Assembly: GCA_013239625.1 (NCBI GenBank)
Contig: MU053934.1
Location: 6,280,399 to 6,344,398 of the forward strand
Source: Lama guanicoe
Taxonomy: Eukaryota
Direction of reading: 5' to 3'
Length of the DNA stretch: 64,000 nt
The position numbers and the translations under genes are program-made. Of this stretch, positions 26,234 to 36,099 are shown piece after piece; the stretch's first letter is position 1; each line of letters opens with the position of its first letter. The notes beneath the pieces were generated by a model that had not been told where the DNA came from, did not search any database, and was given only the letters and a program-made list of their open reading frames with translations.

Positions 26234-26792
26234 CTTTTATTGGTAGTCCTCCCAATTTTTTTTTATTGAAGTATAGTCAGTTTACAACGTTGTGTCAATT
26301 TCTGGTGTACAGCAAATGTTTCAGTCATACGTACACATACATATATTTCTTTTCATATTCTTTCTCATTATAGGTTACTACAAGATACTGAATACAGTTC
26401 CCTGTGCTATACAGTCTAAACTTTGTTTATCAGTTTTATATATAGTAGTTAGTATCTGGAAATCTCAGACTCCCAGTTTATCCCTTCTCACTCTATTTAC
26501 CCCTGGTAACCATAAGTTTGCTCTCTATTTCTGTGAATCTCTTTCTGTTTTGTATATAAGTTCATTTGTGCTTTTTATTTTTAGATTCCACATATAAGTG
26601 ATATCATATAGTATTTTTGTGTGTGCGGTTTTTTTTCTTTGGGGGGCGGTAATTAGATTATTTATTTCTTAATTGAGGTACTGGGGATTGAACCCAGGGC
26701 CCCCTGCATGCCAGGCATGTGCTCTACCACTGAGACCCCCTCACATAGTATTTTTCTTTCTCTTTCTGGCTTACTTCACTTAGAATGACAAT
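26234..26792 (-). mobile_element. 5'-truncated L1 with nested SINE (about 26620-26744)
   Basis: L1 3' end; TSD AAGAACAAACTT at 26222-26233 and 26793-26804; SINE flanked by ATAGTATTTTT duplication. Confidence 0.85.
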
Positions 26793-26809
26793 AAGAACAA
26801 ACTTAAAAA

Positions 26810-27370
26810 CAGATCATAGCACTTTGCCACTCAAAACCCTACAATGGCTCTCATGAATATACTTCCAGTCAAACTCAGAATAAAATCCAACTCCTGACCA
26901 CAACTCTAAGGCTCGGTATAATCTGTCTTGCATTTCTCACGCTCTCTTTGGCACTCATTCCATTCCGGCCACAGGGGCTTCCTTGCTGTTCTTGTACAAC
27001 TGAGCCTGTTGCATCCTCAGGGCTTTTGCACTAATGTCTCCTCTGCCTACAACGCTCTTTCTTTAGATGTCACTTGGTTTGTCCCTTGCTTCATTCAGGT
27101 CTCCAGTCAAATGTCATCTCCTCCAGGAGGCCTTCTCTGACCAATGTGTCTAAAGGAGATAATCCTACCCCCACTCTGCTTTCATTTCCATCAAAACACT
27201 TTTCGATATCTAATGTTATGTTGTATACTTGGTTATTGTATACAATAACCTTCCTACCTGTTCCTTCCAACCAACACGTGGGAATGTCCATGTCTAGAAG
27301 ATAGCTCCCAACTGTCTGTCTTGTTAGTGCTGGTACCTCCAGCACCTAGAACAGAGCCTCGCCTGGAGTA
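26810..27370 (-). mobile_element. L2 3' region, interrupted by a templated insertion at 27231-27300
   Basis: cctcagggcttttgcacta...; caaatgtcatctcctccaggaggccttctctgacc; cctccagcacctagaacagagcct. Confidence 0.7.
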
Positions 27371-27391
27371 AACTCTTTATCTTTCTTTCTT

Positions 27392-27581
27392 TTTTTTTTT
27401 TTTCCGTTCTTGTTTTTCGTTTTTGTTTGTTTTGTTTTGTTTTGTTTTTGCAAGGGGGCAAGGTAATTAGGTTTGTTTGTTTATTTATTTATCTATTATT
27501 TTTAATGGAGGTACTGGGAATTGAATTCAGGACCTCGTGGATGCTAAGCATGTACTCTGCCATTGAGCTATCCCTCCTGCC
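27392..27581 (-). mobile_element. tRNA-derived SINE (camelid-type)
   Basis: taattaggtttg...atggaggtactgggaattgaattcaggacctcg...gagcta; TSD TTATCTTTCTTTCTT at 27377-27391 and 27582-27596. Confidence 0.88.
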
Positions 27582-27747
27582 TTATCTTTCTTTCTTGAAT
27601 GAATACTGTTTTCCCTAAGGACAGTGACTCCCCCTTTCCTGAGCCCCAGAAGCCTCATATGGATAATGGGGATTACAGTTCTGATCTGAGAAGATTAGAT
27701 GAGACAATGTGAGTGCAAAGATTTTGCTTCTCTGTTCTCACCTACAG

Positions 27748-30700
27748 GTGCCACCACAGAAGTGGGCAGTGCCCTCCATGAGACGTGACACTTGTTTCAG
27801 GCTGACCCCTGAATTCTTCTTCAGTCCTGGCAATTTCAGGGGACTGGATGCTCATGCCCAACAATGGGCCCAAAAGAAGAGATGGAAATACTGGAGGAGC
27901 CTCCGGGAATCATGGACCCAATACCCGCTCCCCTGTCAGCACCCATGTCAAGGTTTACATTGGGATGCCTACACCCCATCTGGACACATCTTTTGCACCA
28001 CCTGCTTTTCAAGCACCTGTATGCTTCCTCAGGAAAGTTCTCGGGAAGCATGGCAGGTACCATGGTGTCACAGTGATGACCAGACTCACCTGATTTGCAA
28101 GCTACCGTCCCCTGCCCTGGACATGTGCCAAAGGGTGGAGCAGTTGTTGGTCCACTCACAGGAAGAATTGGTACCACTGGAGCATATTGTCAGCTTGAGA
28201 CCTCACCCCAGCTCCATGACCTCTCTTCCAAACCTCCCTTCAGCTCAGAGGCTGCAGTTGTTTTCCAGGGACTTCCTACCTGTTCCTTCCAACCAACACG
28301 TGGGAATGTCCATCTGGAAGTCCTGGGGCTGCCCACAAGAGGCCTGGGCACCGGAAAGGGAAACCTGGACACCAGGCAGAGAGGATAGTAGAGAGACACA
28401 GGATCCAGGGTGGGCGAACCAGAGAGTGAGCAGAGGGGAGGATGCTCGGGGGGTTCAAGCATCTGGACGGCAACTCCCAGCAAACGCTGGGCTGGAGGAG
28501 AATGCAAGGACTAAGGTCTTGAAGTGGGGAAGCCAGAGACTAGTAATAAGTAAAACTGCTGGAGGAATCTTGAGACCAAGGTGGGAGAACCAGGACCAGG
28601 TGGGAGTCGAAACTCAGGAACTAGGGAAGAGAAATCAGAGGGAGGCTGGAGGTGAGGATCTTCCTGAAACCCAGGCATGTATAGGAGAGAACCAGGAACA
28701 GTTAAGATGTAAAACTGACACAGAGACCCAAACACCAGTGTGGGAGAACCAGGATAGGAGTAGGGATGAGTATGCTGTAGAGACCCAGGCATTTGAGAAG
28801 GACAGGAAAGGGGCCAGAGCGGAGGATGAAGGAGAGACCCAGGCCCAAGGATTGAGGAAGCAGGGCCAGACTGAAAGTGAGAATGGTGAGGAGTCTCAGG
28901 TGTCAGGGTGGGGAAAACAAGACCAGATTAGAGGTGATATCAGTACAGAAACTCTGGCAGAAGAGAGGAGAAAAAAGGACCAGGTTGGAGGTGAGAATGC
29001 TGTGCAAAGCCAGATATCTGGGAGGGAAAACCTGGGAGAAGTTAAAAAAGAGGATGGCATGGAGACCCAGGCCCTGGGGTGGGAAAAACAGGAATGTGTT
29101 CCAAGTGAGAATGTAACAGAGATCCAGATGCCAGGGTGGGAAAAGCAGGATCAAGGTGCAAGTGAGAAGTGTGGGAAGATCCAAGTGTTCAGGGTAGAGA
29201 TCCAGAAACAACTAAGACATGAACTTCAAGAGACGTGGGGAAATCAAGGCCTGAAAAGAGGTGAGGATGATGGGGAAACCCAGATATCTAGAAGGAAGAA
29301 CCTCAAGGAGATAAGAGAGGAGGATTGGGTGGTGATCAAGGCGCTATGGTGGGGAGACCAGAGACCAGTAGCAAGTGAAATTAACAGAGAATTCAAAATA
29401 TCATGTTGGGGGAATCAGGACCAGATTAGAGGTGATCATAGAGCAGAAATTCAAGCACTAGAAAAGAGAGACCAGAGAAAGGACAGAGATGAAGATGGTA
29501 CAAATACCCTGGTACCTGAGGCAGAGAACCAGAGGCAATTAAGAGGTGTCTCTCATGTAGAGACCCATCCACCAGGGAGGAGGAAGCAGGAGCAGTTTGG
29601 AGAAGAGAATAGCACAGACATCCAGGCAACAGGGACAATAAACCTGAGAGGGGTTAAAGTTGAAGATGGTAAAGAGACTCAGGAGTTTGGGGAAGAAAAC
29701 CAGCATCAGTTAAACAGTGAAAGTGATGGAAAGATTCACATACCAAAGTGGAAGAATCAGGAATACATTACAGGCAAGGGTGGTGCAAATACCCAGGCAT
29801 ATGAGGCAGAGAATGGGGTAGAATTAACAAGTAAAATTGATGTAGAAACTCATTCAGCAGAACGGAAGAAAGAGGAGCAGGCTGGATATGAGAATGGTGC
29901 AGAAATCCAAGTTCTGGAGAAGAAAAACCAGGGAGAAGCTGGAGTTGAGGATGGTACAGAGATGTGGGCACCTGGGGAAGAAAACCTGAGTCAGTTAAGA
30001 GGTGACATTGATGGAAAGACTCATTTATCAGATGGGAAGAACCAGGAGCAGACGGGAGGTGAGAACAAAACAGAAATTCAGGCACCAGAGAAGAGAGAAA
30101 CTGAAGGTAAGGTTGTTACAGAGACCCAGATACCTGAGAGAGAGAACCAGGGACAGCTAGATGGTGAAATTGGAGAGAACCATCCACCAGAGAGGAGAAA
30201 CTGGGAGCAGAATAGAGGAAAGAACAATGTAGAAAACCCAACATTGGAGAGGAAAAACCAGAGAGAGATTAGAAACGAGGGTAATAGAAAGATCCAGACA
30301 CTTATGGGAGGGAACCAGATACTGTTAAAAAGTAAAGTTAATGGAAAGACCGGTTCATCAGAGTGGAAGAAACAGGAGCAGACTGGAGATGAGAATGGCA
30401 CAGAAATCCAAACACAAGGGAAGAGAAACCTGAGAGGGATCATGGGTGATGATGGTACAGAAAGCCAGACTCCTGGGGAAGACTATCAGGGACAGGTAAG
30501 AAGTGAAACTGATGAAGAGATCCAGATACACAGGCAAGGAAACAAGCGTGGAAATGAGGACGCTGCAGAAATCCAGGGTGTAGGGAGCCAGAAAAAGTGC
30601 AGAGCTGAGGATGCTGGGGGGCTTCGAGTACCAAGGGGGAGAAACAAGGACCAGGTCAGAGGAAAGGATGCTGCTAAAGGCAATCTCCAAGGTGACTATT

Positions 30701-32271
30701 CTGGGGGTGAGGGGCCCCCAGCCTTCACTGGCTCTGGATACAGGGCCATGAACCAGGAACAAGCAGTGGCTTCTGCCCCCTGTCCAGAGATCAAGCCTCT
30801 CTTCAACCAGGGAGAACTCTTCCTGCTCAACAGTGGGGAGGGAGAGGATTTGGCCAGCCAGGGCACAGCCCCTGCAGGGAAGCACAAAGTGGGTATCAAA
30901 CCATCTTCCTGGCAGGCCCGACCTAAACTCCAAAGAAGCCGACAAAGGGACAAAGGAGCAGATCCAGGCAAGGCCTCTGGCCTGACTCGACAGCTCCGGG
31001 ACCCACAGTCCTTGGATGCTCCCGTGGGCCTGCCCTCTGCCTGCCCCTCTGTCTCACATGGCCAAGCCCTCCAAGCTGCCCCAGCTCTGGTGGATGTTCC
31101 CTCTGCCCTCACCATCCTGCCCAAGAGGCCAGTTCACAAGAAGAGCCAACGACTGCTCCTGGAGTCACTTATGCGGCGGAAGATTGCACACCTGAAGTGG
31201 GGCTTCCCCCAGCAGATCCTAGAGTCCTATTTGCTCTTTAACTTCTTAGGACCATGCCCACTGCCCCTTGTTGGGCTGAGGCTCTCTGGGTTACACACAT
31301 CCTGTGAGCTGCAGGGCCAGCAGGAAAAGCGTTGTGAGACCCATGGTTTGAGGCCAGGCCCTAAGTCCCTAGAGAGGTCCTGGAGGGCTTGGTTCCCAGA
31401 AAGAAAAAGTGTAAAACTTCCCACACAGGCCAGAGCCCTGGAGAAGCATAGACCAAACTGGTCAGAACCAATGGGCACTTCTATCCATCCTGAAAAGCCT
31501 AAGAGAGTCAGGCCACAAGGGGGCCCCAAAGAACCACAGGTTGTCCAGAAAGAGGCTCCTCACAGGGCCAAGCTCACTGCTCCCAGGAACCCCAGGCCTA
31601 CTGCAGAATCTAGGAGCTGGTGTGGCCAAGAAAGGGTCCAAGAACCTTCCAGTGAGAACAGCAGGGACAGGAAAATGATCAGGCCAGGGGTCTCCCAGAT
31701 GGCAGAGAGGGCTCCCAGCAGAGTGAGGATCTCATACTCCAGGGCAGTCTACAACCACTGGAGGGAGGAGCACACATCTTGGGAGCTCTCCAGACTCAAA
31801 TGTCAGCAGCCCACACACAGGAGAAGAGGAAGCCTGGAGCCTGAGGGTTGCAGAGGAGATGGGCAGCAGCCTTTCTCCTGTTCCACAGACACCTTCAGCT
31901 TCAAAAGGAGTCTCCACTCTGCTGCAGCAAGGCTGAGCATAAGCCTTTTGAACAAGATCTCCTGGTCCCCACATCTGGCCAAGCCCCAGCACTCAGCCCC
32001 CAACCTGAGTGTGCAAGATCCTGATCCTACCCTGCTTCCCAAAGCGAGTGACCCCCATGTAAGGGAGGACAGCCTCAGAGTCCACGCTTCTTTGAAGAGG
32101 GACCTTCAGCCACCAGGTCACTGTGGTGCTGGTGCTGTTCTTCCCAAGACAGAAGAACTTGGTAAAATTGAGAACCCAAATGGTGCCCCACAGAATCAAC
32201 CAGCCCCACAGAAGTTTGGTTTTATGAAGCATTTGAGGTGTTTTCTGCTCCAGCATGGCTTTAGAAAGTAG
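27748..32271 (+). CDS. C22orf46: C22orf46-like gene coding exon 2 (4524 bp); full protein about 1579 aa, repeat-rich and probably disordered
   Basis: cacctacag|GTG is in frame with the 1520-aa ORF; uninterrupted to TAG at 32271; no interspersed repeats seen inside. Confidence 0.88.
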   Translation: MPPQKWAVPSMRRDTCFRLTPEFFFSPGNFRGLDAHAQQWAQKKRWKYWRSLRESWTQYPLPCQHPCQGLHWDAYTPSGHIFCTTCFSSTCMLPQESSREAWQVPWCHSDDQTHLICKLPSPALDMCQRVEQLLVHSQEELVPLEHIVSLRPHPSSMTSLPNLPSAQRLQLFSRDFLPVPSNQHVGMSIWKSWGCPQEAWAPERETWTPGREDSRETQDPGWANQRVSRGEDARGVQASGRQLPANAGLEENARTKVLKWGSQRLVISKTAGGILRPRWENQDQVGVETQELGKRNQREAGGEDLPETQACIGENQEQLRCKTDTETQTPVWENQDRSRDEYAVETQAFEKDRKGARAEDEGETQAQGLRKQGQTESENGEESQVSGWGKQDQIRGDISTETLAEERRKKDQVGGENAVQSQISGRENLGEVKKEDGMETQALGWEKQECVPSENVTEIQMPGWEKQDQGASEKCGKIQVFRVEIQKQLRHELQETWGNQGLKRGEDDGETQISRRKNLKEIREEDWVVIKALWWGDQRPVASEINREFKISCWGNQDQIRGDHRAEIQALEKRDQRKDRDEDGTNTLVPEAENQRQLRGVSHVETHPPGRRKQEQFGEENSTDIQATGTINLRGVKVEDGKETQEFGEENQHQLNSESDGKIHIPKWKNQEYITGKGGANTQAYEAENGVELTSKIDVETHSAERKKEEQAGYENGAEIQVLEKKNQGEAGVEDGTEMWAPGEENLSQLRGDIDGKTHLSDGKNQEQTGGENKTEIQAPEKRETEGKVVTETQIPERENQGQLDGEIGENHPPERRNWEQNRGKNNVENPTLERKNQREIRNEGNRKIQTLMGGNQILLKSKVNGKTGSSEWKKQEQTGDENGTEIQTQGKRNLRGIMGDDGTESQTPGEDYQGQVRSETDEEIQIHRQGNKRGNEDAAEIQGVGSQKKCRAEDAGGLRVPRGRNKDQVRGKDAAKGNLQGDYSGGEGPPAFTGSGYRAMNQEQAVASAPCPEIKPLFNQGELFLLNSGEGEDLASQGTAPAGKHKVGIKPSSWQARPKLQRSRQRDKGADPGKASGLTRQLRDPQSLDAPVGLPSACPSVSHGQALQAAPALVDVPSALTILPKRPVHKKSQRLLLESLMRRKIAHLKWGFPQQILESYLLFNFLGPCPLPLVGLRLSGLHTSCELQGQQEKRCETHGLRPGPKSLERSWRAWFPERKSVKLPTQARALEKHRPNWSEPMGTSIHPEKPKRVRPQGGPKEPQVVQKEAPHRAKLTAPRNPRPTAESRSWCGQERVQEPSSENSRDRKMIRPGVSQMAERAPSRVRISYSRAVYNHWREEHTSWELSRLKCQQPTHRRRGSLEPEGCRGDGQQPFSCSTDTFSFKRSLHSAAARLSISLLNKISWSPHLAKPQHSAPNLSVQDPDPTLLPKASDPHVREDSLRVHASLKRDLQPPGHCGAGAVLPKTEELGKIENPNGAPQNQPAPQKFGFMKHLRCFLLQHGFRK

Positions 32272-32358
32272 GCCACGGGCCCAGAGTCTTCAAAACACGT
32301 CAGAGAAGGCATGAGAGAGTGGCCTGCTGACCCCCAAAGGGGGTGATAAATAACCTCT

Positions 32359-32364
32359 AATAAA
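32359..32364 (+). terminator. C22orf46-like polyadenylation signal AATAAA
   Basis: AATAAA about 90 nt after the stop, followed by GT/T-rich sequence. Confidence 0.7.
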
Positions 32365-33261
32365 ATTGGTCATTTGGGCCCTCTGGGTTTCTGATTTCTT
32401 GGCCACATGTTATATGAGTGCCCTCTTTTGGAGTCTGGGATACTCTGAGTGGGACAGAAGCCATTTCTACTCTATGGTTTGTAGGCTTGGGGACTGTGGG
32501 TCAGTCCAATGTCATCTCCTAAACACATCCCCTCCCTGGCTCCTCACAGTAGGGTTCACTGAAGTTTCTATCATGGTTCCATTCTGACCTATTCCGGGCT
32601 GATTCTGATTGAGGTAGGATGCTCAAACAGCCTCCACTGCCTGCAGAGGAGGGGTGATGCTCTGCACTGGGCACTATTTTTCAGGTCACAAGGAAGGGAC
32701 CTGATCACTGGGTATCTACCCTGCTGGGATTCTGCCGCCCATGAGCAAGTTTCATGGAAAAATCATTTCCACCTCTTCAATTCTCAAGCACTGCCAACCA
32801 ACTGCCAATAAGTAATTATACTTGTTTCTTTGCCTCATCCACCTGTGGGACATCCTGGAGCTAATTATTTGTTTCAATCAAGTCTGAAACTTCTTAGCCA
32901 AAGGGCATTATGTCTGATGATACCTCTGTAGACAGCCTCAGCCGGTGGAAACAGAGTCACAGAACCTAAACTAGTGAATGCGGGAGCTGGGAATTTAATT
33001 CAGGTTTTCTCCTCCTCTCTCCTTTATCCTCTCTTTTTTCCTTTCTCTCCTCCTTTCTCTGCTTTCATTTAACTTTTCTAGTGTTCAATTCATTGTAAAA
33101 CTCATACATGCTTATTTAAGGGAGTTTAGAAAATTCAGAAAAGGAAAAAACAATCCATAATCCCATCACCCAGTTAATGTTTTGATGTTTTTCTTCCTAT
33201 GTGTTGCTGTCCACAAGGTATTCCCGTAGCAATTTGTGCCAACCCTTACCACAGCACTTAT

Positions 33262-34486
33262 ACTGTGGTAGGCAGCCTCTAAGAAGACTCCAATGCTGTC
33301 TCCTGGTATTCACGCCCTGTGTATTCCCCTCTCTTTGAGTGTAGGTTGAATCTAGTGACTCACTTCTAACAAACAGGATACAGCAGAAATGATGGAATGT
33401 CACTTCCAAGAACAGGTTACAAAGACTGTAGCTTTCATCTTGGGCAGACTTCTTTCAACTCTCTTGTGTGCTCCCTGAAGGAAGCCATTCTCCAAGTTGT
33501 GAACTGCCTTATGGAAAGGTGCCTGTGGCAAGGAACTGAGGAGGCCACTGGACAACAGCCATCAAGAAAGTGAGGCCCTTGGTCCATTGGCCCTTGAGGA
33601 ACTGAATTCTATCACTAATCATTTTTCAGCCCTAGTGAGTCTTGAGATAACTAAGATCTCATGAGAGACTTCGAGCCAGAGTCACCTAGCCGTCCTGGAT
33701 TCCTGATACACAGAAACTATGCAATTATAAATGTTTGTTGTTTTAAGCTGCTATATATTGGGGTGTGTTGGTTTTCTGTGGTTACTGAAATTATCACAAA
33801 CTTGGTAGCTTAAAACAACTGAAATTTATTCTCTCAGTTCTGGAGGCCAGAAGTCTGAATGAAATCAAGATGTCAGCAGGGCTACATTACCACCAAAGAT
33901 TTTAGGGGGCAATCAGTTTTTGTCTCTTCCAGCTTCTGGTTGCTGCAGGCATTTGTTGGCTTGTGGCACCATCACTTCGATCTCTGCCTCTGTGGTCACA
34001 CTGCTTCCTCCTTTGCTCTGTGTGCCTCTTCTCAAACACGTATCATTGGATTTAGGGCCCACGGGATACTCTGGATGATCTCCTCATTTCAAATCCTTAA
34101 TTTAATTACAACTGCAAAGATCCTTTAGAAAAAAGGTAACATCTATAGCCTCTGGGGATTTTGGATGTTATGTTGGTTTGCTCCAACTGCTATAACAAGA
34201 TAGTACAACATTCTGGGTGGCTTAAACAACAGAAATTTGTTTTCTTATGGTTCTGGAGGCTGGAAGTCTAAGATCAATGTCCTGGCTAATTTGGTTTCTG
34301 GTGAGAGCTCTCTTGGCTTAGAGATGGTTACCTTTTCACTATGTCTCACATGGGTTTTCCACAGTGCATGTACATAGATGGAGAGATGGATATTTCTCTC
34401 TTCCTCTTCTTATAAGGACTCTGATCCTACCCTTAAGACATCATTTAACTTTAGTTACCTCCTAAGGCCTTATCTCCAAATATAGT
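33262..34486. mobile_element. Cluster of MaLR (MLT1/MST-like) LTR remnants
   Basis: tgtggtaggcag...aataaatgtttgttgttttaagc-type end; repeated cttaaacaacagaaattt...ttctggaggctggaagtc motifs. Confidence 0.75.
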
Positions 34487-35036
34487 TGTAATAGAAAAGA
34501 ACAAATCTGATTTCATATTAGATCTATTCCTTTGACTTTAAACCTGTGCTGTTTCCCATGCTGAGTCATGCTGATTCTGTACATTTTGTAAAAGGATGTT
34601 GCCTAGAGCTTGAAACATACAGGATAGCCCATTCTCAAGGCTCTGATCTTCAAGGGTATAACACTTAACCATTTCTCATTAAAATGCTAAGGGTACAAAA
34701 AATGCAGAAACATATAAAAAGTGGCAGAATAGAAAATAACATTTCTCTTGTTGGAGGTTTGCAGGAACAACACTACCTGACATACGTGGATAGCTGCAAG
34801 AACATAGGATTCCAACACCAAGAAGTTTACAACAACCAACCACATCCCCTCCCTTTTTCAGTATAAAAGGAGCCTGAATTCTGACTTGGGGGAAGATGGT
34901 TCTCCAGGACCTTAGTCCACCATCTTCTTGGTATGCCAACTTTCTGGATAAAGTTGTTTTTCCTTGCCCTAACACCTTATCTCCCAATTTATTGGCCTGT
35001 CATGCAGCAAGCAGAATGAGTTTGGACTCAGTAACA
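34487..35036 (+). mobile_element. Solo ERV LTR (550 bp, ERV1-type by its 4-bp TSD)
   Basis: TGTAATAG...GTAACA termini; TSD TAGT at 34483-34486 and 35037-35040; TATAAAA at 34862. Confidence 0.85.
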
Positions 35037-36099
35037 TAGTCACATTAAGGGTTAGGGCTTCAACATCTGAATTTGGGGGACACAACTGGGTCCACAGCAG
35101 ACACGGAGATGTCTTTTTGAGGGTCACCATTCTATCCATTACAAGGATTATTATGCAGTAATAGATAACTAATACATCTATGCTCTATTATAATAATTTA
35201 CTTGTCTGTCTCCTTGACTGGGCTTCTAGTTCCCCGAGGGCAAGGACTGTCTCTTGCTCACTTTTGAATCCCCTAGCTCCTAGCATAGCTCCTGGCTCTA
35301 AATTCTGTCAAAAAGAATACACACTTTGTTGACATTAAAAACATATACATGGAATAATACTTAATGATATGGAAGATGTACATGATATATTTTTTCTGAG
35401 AAAAGCTTACACACCTTTGTATGTTGCTGTTGTAAAAAGGTATAGAAAAAGACTAGAAGATATATCAACATGTTATTTTTCTTTTATTTTCTTCATTGAA
35501 CATGTATTACTGCTATAATGTAAGATGTGTTGAATGTTGCTTATTTATTTTATATACATATATATTTCTGCATATTTTTGTACTTTTAGCATTTTAATGA
35601 TATTTTTTCCATGTTAATATTTACTTTTCTCAACCATTACTTCGTAATACTCCGTTAAAAATAAGTCATCGTTTTCCAAATTATTTTGCTATGGAAAGCA
35701 CTTTTCCCACTCAGTCACATTGCTTCTGAATGTAGGAAACACCTCTTGAACTTATCTCCTTCAACATTAACCAGTTGCTGAGCACTTTGGTGCTAAATAA
35801 ATCCTTATAAGTTGACGGGTTGTTATTAATATATTTAACAATAAATTCTGCTTTCTTCAGTATTCCTTCTGTGCTTGCAAAGTCCCAAGTGCTGTGCAAC
35901 CCTCTATGAGAGGGTATCTTAAGAGGACTATATAAGAATCTTTGAGAGAAAGGTGTCACATAAATTTAAGATATTAGTGCTAACAGCTTTTGGATAAAAA
36001 TCCCTGAAATCGTTTATTCAATTTTTTAATAGTAGAAATGGATCGCTTCCTTTCTTTCCTTTTTCAAGGCTAATGACACGGTCTTAATAACTGCTTTTC

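Noticed and set aside
27709..27747. Start of the 1520-aa ORF as given in the track (GTG at 27709)
   Set aside because: These 13 codons are the intron pyrimidine tract and acceptor; the real start is the ATG at 25407 in exon 1.
27836..32256. Many antisense and alternative-frame ORFs over the long exon
   Set aside because: Shadow ORFs caused by the purine bias and repeat structure of the real coding exon.
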